Assembly (NCBI GenBank): GCA_051294375.1
Contig: CM119267.1
Span: 3,522,192 to 3,586,191, forward strand
Origin: Paraspadella gotoi
Taxonomy: Eukaryota; Animalia; Chaetognatha
Direction of reading: 5' to 3'
Length of the DNA: 64,000 nucleotides
Shown here one piece after another: positions 37,332 to 47,234 of this stretch (the stretch's first letter is position 1; each line of letters opens with the position of its first letter). The notes beneath the pieces are model-generated. The model saw only the letters and a list, made by a program, of their open reading frames with translations. It made no database searches and had not been told where the DNA came from. The translations under genes were made by a program, and so were the position numbers.

Positions 37332-39212
37332 TTACTTATCTCTGTTAAATTTGTCAAGAATTTTGCCCACCGATGAATAATGATCTTTTTCTAGTTTTTG
37401 AATTTTTTCAATGATTTCCATTAATATTTCGTTTTCTTTTTTCGCCTCGATGGTTTCCTTCTTAAAACTTTCCATTTCTTTTTGGAACGTTTCCTTCTCT
37501 CGTATGATTCTCTCATTCTCCTCCAAAAGATGTTTGTTCTCTTCTTTGAACTTCTCCTTCTCATCCTTGACAGTTTTAATCTCTTCCTTCGCCTTTTCGC
37601 TCTCCGCTTTCGCCTTCTCCGCTTCTCTCTCAAAATCGTCTGCTCTCGTCTTCTGTTGGAAGTAGAGTGTGATGTAATCCGTCGCTTGACTTTTCCCGGA
37701 AATCTCAACATCTTTATTTGTTTGTCCATCGAAATCCGCGACGACTTCTTTTGTCGTCTCTTCTTTCTCTCCCTTTTCGATCTCAACGATCTTCGTTCTC
37801 TCTTCATCCTCTCCCTTCACTTTGATTCGGACCTCGTCATCGACGACGATTGTCGCGCCATCTTTATCGCGGAGGCGAAACCTTTCGGCGAAGAAGGGCG
37901 GGCGTTGAAACTTTTCCGGAATGTTTACCAGTTCGTTGTACTTGACAAGGGCGGGGTTGCCGAAATCCACGAAGTGGATCCGGCACTTGCGACCGTCTGG
38001 CTCTTCCTCGACGATGCGGGCGCGATACCACCGAGCGTCCTCGTCGTACCTGGCGGCGAATAGTCGGCGGGCGTCGGCACCCGTCTTGCGCGAGTTTTTT
38101 GTCGATTCCCAACTTCCGGCCCGACGAAACTCGGCGTCGCAGTAAGCCTGAAGATCGTCTTGGAGACGGTGAAGACGCTTCTGCGTCTCTTGGTCCGAGT
38201 CTTGGCCCCAGAAGACCGTCGAGGATTCCTTGAAGGTGATATAGACGCGGTCGACGACGGTGTTCTTTGACGGTGAAGACCTTTCGGACTCATCGATCCA
38301 GTTGGAGGCCGTGGCGTCGTAATCGCGGCTTTGGCCCCAAGTTGAGGTCGGGAGATTGTCTGAGATCTCCCAGTTGTTGGGTCGATTGTTCAAAACGATT
38401 GCATTGGCCGGCGTTCCGTCTTTGTTTGAAGACGAATCGTTCCAGCCTTGGTTGGAAGGAGAATTCCAGTTTTGGGACATTTCGCTTTTGCTGGCGACAT
38501 TGCTCCAAACTCCGACGCCTAACGATCCGGACGTCTCGCGCCAGAACGAGGCCGAATCTTCTTTGTCGGAATGAGAATTGATTTTGGTTGATGCCATCGC
38601 GATGGGCACAACCTTAGCCGGTTTCATGTCTTCGATGGACCAAAGTTTCTTCATTTCCTTCTCTAAGGGCCTGGTTTCGTAATCAGAGCTGCGTGATATT
38701 TGCGACGGCGGTGGCGGCATCGATGCGAAAGGCGAAGTCTCAGCGACGTGGAATTGAGGCGACTGGCGAAGAGTTTGAACTAAATTTCCAATTGCCTGCC
38801 GACTCTGCGAGGCCGGCGAACGGACTGGGATGTCCGGGTTTAGTTTGTTCGTCAAAGGCGAGGCCTCGCGACTGATCGATTTCTCTTTGCCTTCGTCCAA
38901 GCAGCCGGGGATATAGACGAACGGATTGACGAAGGAGTCTGACCCCGTCGCCGCGCCGTCCATCTTAACTTGCAAGGTGGTCCCGTTGAAGAAGCTCCCG
39001 TTTCGATCGTCGATAAAGTGACGCGCCTCTTGCTCATCGTGGAACGAAGCGCGAGCGAATGAGGCGTCGCCCGAGCGGCGAGGACCCTCCACGCCTTCGA
39101 CGCTCTCGTAACCGCGGAAGAGTTCCATCACTTTCGCCTTCGTCGTTGACGGCGCCAGGTTGCCGAGGTAGATTTGACAAGGGCTCTCCCCCTTGGGAGC
39201 GTCTGGCCGCAT
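37332..39212 (-). CDS. RRM + Trp-rich linker + extended Tudor + coiled-coil protein (TDRD-like), intronless CDS
   Basis: RRM (IYLGNL...FARASF...FNGTTLQV), Tudor (ARYDEDARWYRARI...IHFVDFGN) and a C-terminal E/K coiled coil. It is the only clear minus-strand gene. Confidence 0.85.
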   Translation of the reverse strand: MRPDAPKGESPCQIYLGNLAPSTTKAKVMELFRGYESVEGVEGPRRSGDASFARASFHDEQEARHFIDDRNGSFFNGTTLQVKMDGAATGSDSFVNPFVYIPGCLDEGKEKSISREASPLTNKLNPDIPVRSPASQSRQAIGNLVQTLRQSPQFHVAETSPFASMPPPPSQISRSSDYETRPLEKEMKKLWSIEDMKPAKVVPIAMASTKINSHSDKEDSASFWRETSGSLGVGVWSNVASKSEMSQNWNSPSNQGWNDSSSNKDGTPANAIVLNNRPNNWEISDNLPTSTWGQSRDYDATASNWIDESERSSPSKNTVVDRVYITFKESSTVFWGQDSDQETQKRLHRLQDDLQAYCDAEFRRAGSWESTKNSRKTGADARRLFAARYDEDARWYRARIVEEEPDGRKCRIHFVDFGNPALVKYNELVNIPEKFQRPPFFAERFRLRDKDGATIVVDDEVRIKVKGEDEERTKIVEIEKGEKEETTKEVVADFDGQTNKDVEISGKSQATDYITLYFQQKTRADDFEREAEKAKAESEKAKEEIKTVKDEKEKFKEENKHLLEENERIIREKETFQKEMESFKKETIEAKKENEILMEIIEKIQKLEKDHYSSVGKILDKFNRDK

Positions 39213-40368
39213 TGCCGGAAGTTTGGATTCGACTTTGTCGTGAATTTATTCGTTTACGACGGCACCATAAAACTCTAAGCCAAATACGGGAAAGTGAATT
39301 CACAGAAAGAGGAGAGAAAAAGAGATGGAGAGAGCTACTCTCAGTAGTGGAACCGGAAGACAGAAGCAGGGGGTGAGAGAAACCGAAAACGTTGTTGATG
39401 GAAAGCAGACGATGACAGCTCTTTCTGCCTTTCCTATTGGTTCAGGCTTTGTACCTCGAGAGAATGTTTGGATCAAGTTTCGAGCGAAACGAAAGAAGAG
39501 GAGGAAAATATGCAAATCGTCAAAGGCGAGGCAGATGTTGTTGGGAAAGCGGAGAAGGCCGTGGTGAAATAGGATGAGGAGGAAGTGGTGAAATAGGAGG
39601 AAGAGGAGGAGGAAATGAAAGGCCTGAGGCAGTGAGGCCTGGGTAGAAGAAATAAATCGGAGTTTGTGCGGAGGAGGAGGAGGAGGAATCGATGGATGAG
39701 ACGGAATATCGGAGATGGAAGCGGGAAGAGGAAAATGTTCTCTGCAGAATTCGTATTTTACAGAGATAGTTTCTTTCTTTCTTTTTTTTTTCTTTCTTTT
39801 TTTTTTTGGAACTTTGATCTTATATTTTTTCGTTTTATGCCTTTATTTTTCTCCACTTTTGGGCGTCTTCAATATGAAGGAATGCATTTTTGAAAAAAAA
39901 ATAACAAACTTTATTTTTTGTGTTTCTCTCTATTTCAATTTAACATAAAATCAAAACTACTACTAATTTTAAAAATTATTATTTTACAAATTGTTTGTGG
40001 GTTAAATATTTTTTTTGGCCCTGAATTTTTATTCCGCTTCTAAAAAAACGCTATTGTTTTAACTTCTACTTCCTGTCACAAAAAAAAACAACCACAAAAC
40101 AATAAAGAAAACAATGACAAGAAACAACAGCCTCGAAAGTGAAAGGCGGATTCGAACTCGATTGTTTTCGATGATGCGTGTCGTCGTCGTCGTCGTCGTC
40201 GTCTTAGTCGACGACGTCGTTGTGTCCGCAGGTGGTCGACTTTTCTTAATGAATGAAAAGCGAATCGAGCTCAACGCCAACCGATTATTCCCGACCTAAA
40301 ACCTGTCGTGGCTTTTATGACTCGGGAGAAACGACTCCGGGAAAATCCGAGGAAAATCCGCTCTTTGG

Positions 40369-42086
40369 TAGCCATAGCCGATGAAATTTAAATGCTAATG
40401 TAAAATAATCTATCATGAGCATAGATTATAGTATTAAAATATTTTTTGTCAAAAATTATTAGCCTAATTAAAATTATTTTATTACTATATAATGAAAAAA
40501 TTTTTTTTGGAAATCATAAAATTTTTTTATGGATTCTGATAGAGCATAAAGAGTTAAACAAGAAATATAATTACAGCTTTTAAATATTCTGACGTTTTCT
40601 GAGTAAAAATCTAAAAAAAATGATCAAATTATCGAAAGATGATGATTTTTTTGGGAACAGCATTAAACTAATCCATTATTGGTATTAATTATTGTGTTAA
40701 AAATTTTTTTGGCAAAAATGTTCCGAACCATGAGTAATTCGCTAATTAATATTATTATATCGCTATATAATGTCAAAAATTTTTTTGGGATATTTTAAGT
40801 TTTTTTAATTGATTCTGATAGAGCTTAAAAAGTTAAGCAAAAAATATAATTAAAACATTTTAAAATTTTGATGTTTTATTACTAAAAATTAGTAAAAACT
40901 GCTAAAATCATCGGATGATGTTGATTTTTTAAGGTTTTTGCCAATTTTTTATAAGCTATTTGAATTTGCTTTTAAAAATACAAAATTCCCAAAAAAAATT
41001 TTTGACATTTCTTATCTATAAATAAATATTAAAAAATTAATTACTAATGCTTCTAGCCATTTTAAAAAATTTTGGTCCATTGAAAGTTTTATCAAAAATG
41101 TATGAAGTTTCATTTGGAAAGGTTCCCAAATCAAACTTCTGACCCACCCCATTGACAAAGTTTGGCTCTATTTTTGTTTTTTTAATTTTTTACCTACTTA
41201 TCATAAAAATATTTAAAAAAGAATTATACTTTGTGTAGACAACATTTTATGAGCTATCTGAATCTGGTCTTAAAATTTAAAAATTTTCAAAAAAAATTTT
41301 GGCCTTTCCTATCTATAAATAAATATTAAAAAATTAATTACTAGGGTATAAATAGGGGAAGCTACTCTCAATGTGGTGAGTCAAAAATTTAAAGCGAGTT
41401 CATGCTCAAACGAATATTTAAACATTTTTAAGAATACTTTCAATGGACAAAAAATTTATAATATGGCTCTATACCCTAGTAATTAATTTTTTAATATTTA
41501 TTTATAGATAGGAAAGGCCAAAAATTGTTTTTAGAATTTTTAAATTTTAAAACCAGATTCAGATAGCTCATAAAAAGTTGTCTACACAAAGTATAATTCT
41601 TTTTTAAATATTTTTACGATAAGTGTGTTTAAAAAATAAAAAAAAACATAAAAAATTGTCATCATCATCTATCGATGATTTTATCAGTTTTTTTATATTT
41701 TCACCTCGAAAACGTAAGAATTTTTAAAAGCTGTAATTATATTTCTTGTTAAACTTTTTACGCTCTATCAGAATCCATTAAAAAATTTTAGGATTTAAAA
41801 AAAAAATTTTGCTCTATATAGTAATATAATATTTTTAATTAGGCGAGTACCCTCAGAAGAAAGCCTTTTTGACAAAAAAATATTTTAATACCATAATCTA
41901 TGGTCATGATAGATTATTTTAACGCTGTATACATTAGCATTTAAATTTCATTGGCTATGGCTAGTATAAAGCCATATAAGAATTTTTTTGTCCATTGAAA
42001 GTATACTTCAAAATGTATCAATTTTCGTTTGAGCATGTACTCAGTCTAAATTTTTGACTCACCTCATTGAGTGCGGCTACCCCTAT
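40369..42086. mobile_element. AT-rich composite foldback / nested inverted-repeat element
   Basis: Outer arms about 40369-40650 and 41670-41963 (tagccatagcc...ggctatggcta). Inner arms about 41195-41350 and 41470-41625. 41352-41468 recurs inverted at 41970-42086. Internal direct subrepeats carry gattctgatagagc. No ORF. Confidence 0.8.
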
Positions 42087-43007
42087 CTTTGGTATCGACG
42101 ATGCTATGTCAATTTTAATTGGATAAGCGGATATTATCATTTTTTTGAATGTTCTGCTTACGTTCTTCATTCGGGGAAATGTTTATTCGTTCCCACAGTT
42201 GTGGTGTTTAAAGTTCAAATTTTTCTTCACACTTCGAACGAGCATAAACAGTTTTTCGTAACGCGATAATTATTTTTTTATTTATACTTTGTTGAAAAGT
42301 AAGACGAGGCATGTTTTATCAGACTTGTATCCCATCCAATTTGTCTTTTGTAAGGGCTCGACATGTGATCCCGTAAATTCATTAGAAAATTTGAGGTCTT
42401 TTTCGAGTTTGTTCCAGGTTGTTCAATGTTCATGTTTTACGAGTTACTATGTATTTTCTTTCAACTTTCAAGTTTACCACGTGACTAAAAATGAATAGTG
42501 GGGATTGGGGAAATTAACGATTATTAAAATTTTTTAAAAAATTTTTCCTAAAATGTTTTCTTTTTTATTTCAGATGGAGTTTCGTTGTCATTTTTCGAGG
42601 CGACGAAACTTTTTGACGCGCAATGGACTTAACAATACTTAACGCTGAAAATCTACCTCGTGGGACTTGTGCCGCTGGTCTCTCCACTCCCGCCGCCTCC
42701 GTATTGGCGCGCTTTCTAACAGTATGGATCGTTTCCGCATCCCGTTCACCGCAACGTGGATCCCTTTCTCTTACTCTTGCGCCAACCTGGGCGTGGTTCC
42801 GTTTCCTCGCAGAATCCAAGGCGTTTCCGTCTTGATGCTGAGCGAGGCGCCGCCCGCAGACGTTGAAGAATCCAACGCATGCTGAAGTAAAAAAAAAAAC
42901 AAAAAAAAAAACATATCCTGTATCAGGATTTTTCCGACTAAATTAACTTACCCTGCTCTTTATAAGAGCGACCTTACTCTCCAATCTTCCTGGAAAAAAC
43001 TTTACTC

Positions 43008-44141
43008 ATGTCAAAGAGATACACTCAGCTTTCGATCGACGAGGCGACGATTTCGTCGTCGTCTTCGGTGTGCGCGTGTCCCTCGCGACTCGCCGTGCGC
43101 GTCAAGTGCGTCGCGTTGCAGACATTCGCCGCGCTCTCTCTGGCGCTCGCTATCTTCGGATTCCGTTGCCTGATGTTCGTTGAGAACTCTCCCTGCGTGG
43201 TCGGCCCGCGACTTGCGCCCCTTTCCCTCAACGCCTCATCCGTCGCCCCTACCCTCCCTTCTCGTCGGCGACGCCTTCCTGACGCAATCATCATCGGCGT
43301 ACGTAAATGCGGCACGCGTGCCCTTCTAACTTTTCTCGGCGCCCACCCGTCCATCAAACCGGCCGGCCGGGAGATTCACTTTTTTGACGAGCACTTCGAG
43401 AACGGGCCCGAGTGGTACCTTCGTCAGATGCCCAACGCCGCCGATGATCAAGTCGTCGTGGAAAAGACTCCCGCCTACTTCGTAGACCCGGAGGCTCCTG
43501 GACGCGTCCACGGGTTGCTGGGGGACTCGGTGAAGCTCGTACTTATTGTAAAGGACCCCGTGGAACGAGCCGTAAGCGACTACCTCCAATTGAAAATCAA
43601 ATTTCAGAAGCACTCCTCCAACCTAGACTACGACCCAACGATGGCGCCATTCGAAAGGAAAGTGATGTCGCCTGACGGCTCCCGCGTCAACGTTGGCTAC
43701 AAACCCATCCGTATCGGCCTCTACGCGCGTCACCTCCAGCGCTGGCTCAAGTATTTCCCGCTTGAGCGCATCCTCGTCGTCGACGGGGAAGAGTTCGTTC
43801 AACATCCGTTTCCTTCGCTGCGACGCGTCGAGGAATTTCTTGGCGTCGAACACAAACTCACCTCGGATCGATTCTTCTTCAACCGAGAGAAGGGATTCTA
43901 CTGCCTGCGTCGCGAAACCGGCAAGGCCTTCGGCGTCAATCAAGAGGGATGCCTCAACAAGTCTAAGGGAAGACCCCACCCCAAAATCTCCGAGAGAGTT
44001 AGAAACAAGTTAACGCGGTACTACGCTCCGAGGGTCAGAGAGTTCTTTCGCCTCATCGGAAAGAGTTTCGACGAGTGGCCCACGGCCAAGTGGAAACAAA
44101 CAGATAATAATGACGATATGTCGCCCGAGACTGCTCGGTGA
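43008..44141 (+). CDS. HS3ST: heparan sulfate glucosamine 3-O-sulfotransferase (HS3ST1/5, Hs3st-A-like)
   Basis: Type II TM anchor, LPDAIIIGVRKCGTRALL (5'-PSB), EIHFFD, EKTPAYF, DPVERAVSDY, KGFYC...CLNKSKGRPHP. Confidence 0.94.
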   Translation: MSKRYTQLSIDEATISSSSSVCACPSRLAVRVKCVALQTFAALSLALAIFGFRCLMFVENSPCVVGPRLAPLSLNASSVAPTLPSRRRRLPDAIIIGVRKCGTRALLTFLGAHPSIKPAGREIHFFDEHFENGPEWYLRQMPNAADDQVVVEKTPAYFVDPEAPGRVHGLLGDSVKLVLIVKDPVERAVSDYLQLKIKFQKHSSNLDYDPTMAPFERKVMSPDGSRVNVGYKPIRIGLYARHLQRWLKYFPLERILVVDGEEFVQHPFPSLRRVEEFLGVEHKLTSDRFFFNREKGFYCLRRETGKAFGVNQEGCLNKSKGRPHPKISERVRNKLTRYYAPRVREFFRLIGKSFDEWPTAKWKQTDNNDDMSPETAR

Positions 44142-44691
44142 AAATGGCCTTTACAGTACTTCTTTTTTTTTTGGAGTCGTATTTAAACCCGGTTATTACT
44201 TTTGTTTAATGTTTCGGTGAATTTAAAGTTATGATTAGTCTTTGGCAGGTTTTGCTCTTTTTAGTTTGTTTTCGATGTTTTAGCTTTTGCGAGTTTTAAC
44301 TCGTTGATTTCATGTATATTTTTTCATGTGAATAATTCGTCTATCTAAACACAAGGCAATAAATGTCATTGATGACCTGGTTTTGTTTTTTATGGGTCAC
44401 TAAGTCTGAAGTTAAACACTAGGATAGATCAAACACTTTTGATTAGTTTTGGGCTCACCCTCAAACACCAACGAATAAGGAAAACGGTCTAGATATTTTT
44501 GTTTGAGATTAAAGTCTCATTTAGAAGGCTAAAGTCACTAGTTCGCGGCTATTGGCTTAAACAACTGAATTGTCTTTTAGTTCAGTATTAGCTTGACAAC
44601 AATCATTTTAAACAAAGAATACCCTTTGCTCCTATGGAGTTTTTTTATTTGATATCCTTTTTCACGCTTAGGAACATTTAAATCCGTAAGA

Positions 44692-45735
44692 ATGGATGAT
44701 TCAGACGAGAGTTATAGCAGCGACTATGAGGTTGAAAAAGACGGTCACGTCGACTTGAGTGGGTCCCGCCTCGATTCTTGGCCCTCGAATGACTTATCCA
44801 AATCTCAAGTGTTTGTTTTAAAACTACATCACAATTTTATACGAGAACTGCCAACGGACATAACATGCTTAACCAAAATGGTCCATCTAGACGTTTCGAG
44901 TAACTCGTTAACTTCTTTACCGTCGGAAATTACGACTTTGAAATCCCTTCGTCATCTTGTCGCCAAAAACAATTCGTTGGGCGACTCGAGTTTGCCCAAA
45001 AATTTCGGTAGCATGACAAATTTGATGCTGATTAATTTAGCCGGAAATTCGTTTCGTTCCATTCCGTCGCAAGTGTGCGAACTAAAGAATTTGAAGTCGT
45101 TGTATCTCGGTGGGAATTCGATCAAGACGATCTCTTCTGCCATCGCCGCTCTGTCAAAGTTGCAGATACTTTACCTCGGCGGCAACGAGTTGGAACACGT
45201 TCCCGCGGACCTCGGCAAATTGAAGAGCCTCCGCTCCCTTTCGCTTTGCAACAATCGTTTGGTCTCCATCCCTCCCACGTTGGCGTGTCTATGTCGCCTC
45301 AAGAGTCTCTCTTTACACGGGAACCAACTAGCCACGCTTCCTCAGGAAATCGTCGGCCTGGACCTGCAACAGCTTAGTCTGCGCGACAATCCGCTGGTAA
45401 ACAATTTCGTCGAGCATCTTAACTTCGATCCTCCCTCTCTTCTCGAACTGGCTGGTCGGGCGATAAAGATCGAGAGAGTTTCGTACGGCGACGAATCACT
45501 GCCGCGGGATCTCGTCTCTTATTTGGACGGAGCCAAGCATTGCGTCAACCCCCGCTGCGCCGGCGTCTATTTCACGGCCAAGGTGGCGCATATTAACTTT
45601 GTAGATTTTTGTGGCAAGTATAAACTTCCTTTGCTGCAGTATCTCTGTTCGCCGCAATGCTGCGACCCTAATTCTCCGGCCGTCAAGTCGAACCGATCAC
45701 GCGAAGAGAAAATAGCCAAAGTCCTTCTGGGATAG
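44692..45735 (+). CDS. LRRC58: leucine-rich repeat protein 58, intronless
   Basis: LRR array, BC-box-like PPSLLELAGRAIK and the Cys-rich tail CVNPRCAGVYF...DFCGKYKLPLLQYLCS. Confidence 0.92.
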   Translation: MDDSDESYSSDYEVEKDGHVDLSGSRLDSWPSNDLSKSQVFVLKLHHNFIRELPTDITCLTKMVHLDVSSNSLTSLPSEITTLKSLRHLVAKNNSLGDSSLPKNFGSMTNLMLINLAGNSFRSIPSQVCELKNLKSLYLGGNSIKTISSAIAALSKLQILYLGGNELEHVPADLGKLKSLRSLSLCNNRLVSIPPTLACLCRLKSLSLHGNQLATLPQEIVGLDLQQLSLRDNPLVNNFVEHLNFDPPSLLELAGRAIKIERVSYGDESLPRDLVSYLDGAKHCVNPRCAGVYFTAKVAHINFVDFCGKYKLPLLQYLCSPQCCDPNSPAVKSNRSREEKIAKVLLG

Positions 45736-45893
45736 TATTCCTTACCCCCACTCCCCACGTAATTAACAGTTGCAATAAGATTAACTTGTCGACCAATCGA
45801 CTCGCTTTGCATGGCTTTAACGTGCAAATATATATTATCTAATAAAATTCTTCAGAATTAGGATCTCCATCTCTTTAAAAATTAAACCAACCG

Positions 45894-46515
45894 ATGTCGC
45901 TGAAGGTTGAAAACAGTTTAAATTCCAAGTTACGCGCCATCAACGATGAAAACTTGCACGAGCTGAAAAGGTTAAACTTGATGCTCTTTCCCGGCGTCTA
46001 CTACAGTCCCAACTTTTATCGCGACGTCTTGGATTCGGGGTTTTACTCTCGCCTGGCTTACGTGAAAGACCGTCCCGTTGGACTCGTCTGTTGCTGTCGA
46101 GAAAAGGGAGGGGGAGGAGATGGAGATGAGGCGTCGAGAAAGAGCGTTCTCGTCATCATGGCGATCGGCGTTTTGGCGCAATATCGTTGCTTCGGGATCG
46201 GGACGCTCATGATGCGCCACGTGCTGAACGTTTCCAAGAATGACGACGGATTGTCGGCCGTCACTCTGCACGTTAAGGTGGGTCGAAAGTAGTGGTTAAG
46301 CCGAGTTATTCTTATCTTCAACAATAACTACCCGGTCCTACCACCCCTCCCCCATGACAATAAAAAAGGTGGACAATTCGCTCGCCATCGAATTCTATCA
46401 GCGATTCGGATTCACGTGTCGGGAAATTAGGAAGAATTATTATGTTCGTTTGAATCCGCCGGACGCTTACGTCATGGAATTAAAACTCAATGATAAATCC
46501 ATCGCCAAACAGTGA
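45894..46515 (+). CDS. NAA50: N-alpha-acetyltransferase 50-like GNAT, 2 exons
   Basis: LKRLNLMLFP.VYYSPNFYRDVL, IMAIGVLAQYRCFGIGT, LHVK|VDNSLAIEFYQRFGF, NYYVRLNPPDAYV. It may be a divergent paralogue. Confidence 0.8.
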
Positions 46516-46679
46516 CGCACTATTGCACATTTTAGGGTGCTCTTGTTATGTCGTTGAAGTTTTAGCTTTTTAGTGCATTGTTTTATCGCGTTATGTCGTT
46601 TGTTTTATGCCTTTGAAAATATTGTTTTTACTTTTTCTCCTGCTGACAAAAATGCTTAATTCTATTAGAAACAGCAAAG

Positions 46680-47044
46680 ATGAGCGATTTCAGTAGCGGC
46701 AAGCCTTTGTTACCCTGCAACTTTCGTCACATGCGTTCAGGACCTTGGTTGACGTTTCCTTCTGTAGTTTATCGCAAACGATCGATCGGAAGTACAACAA
46801 AAAATTGAATATTATTTTATTATTCTTTACAAACTCGAATTAATTTTCTTTTGAATTATTAGCTTGCAATTGCGCTTGCAAGCTTTGCTTGAAACCAGAA
46901 CAATCGCTGACAGAAAAACAAGATCCCGATACTGGAACCTGTTCTGAAAATTGCCGAGTTCACAGTGTGTCGAGCCAACGCGTTTCCAGTGGCCCGTGGC
47001 CGGATGATTATTTTGACGAGTCCTCTTATGGAGTCAGGGAATAA
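46680..47044 (+). CDS. candidate small Cys-rich orphan protein (97 aa, 2 exons)
   Basis: ATG at 46680 after a tattag acceptor. An AT-rich 71-nt GT-AG intron (46792-46862) joins in phase 1 to CNCACKLC...CSENCRVH...stop. Confidence 0.5.
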
Positions 47045-47234
47045 TAACAGATTAGGATTCTTTCTTAGATATTCCTTGTACTATGTTTAGCCAAGTGATA
47101 ATCATTATTTATTTAGTATTGAAACAAAAAATAAAATAGGGTCGAGTGAGAAATGACTCGCGCCTCGTGGGAGATTCCCTGAAAGGTGAACCGCGCGGCG
47201 CGGCGCGGCGCGATCCATCCAGATAGCGAGCGAG

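Noticed and set aside
15579-39212. PLD6 and the Tudor gene as a dedicated piRNA gene cluster
   Set aside because: They are about 20 kb apart, on opposite strands and separated by unrelated genes.
39213-40300. ORFs upstream of the Tudor gene
   Set aside because: Purine/pyrimidine-skewed simple sequence with (GTC)n and (GGA)n runs, better explained as a long 5' UTR and promoter.
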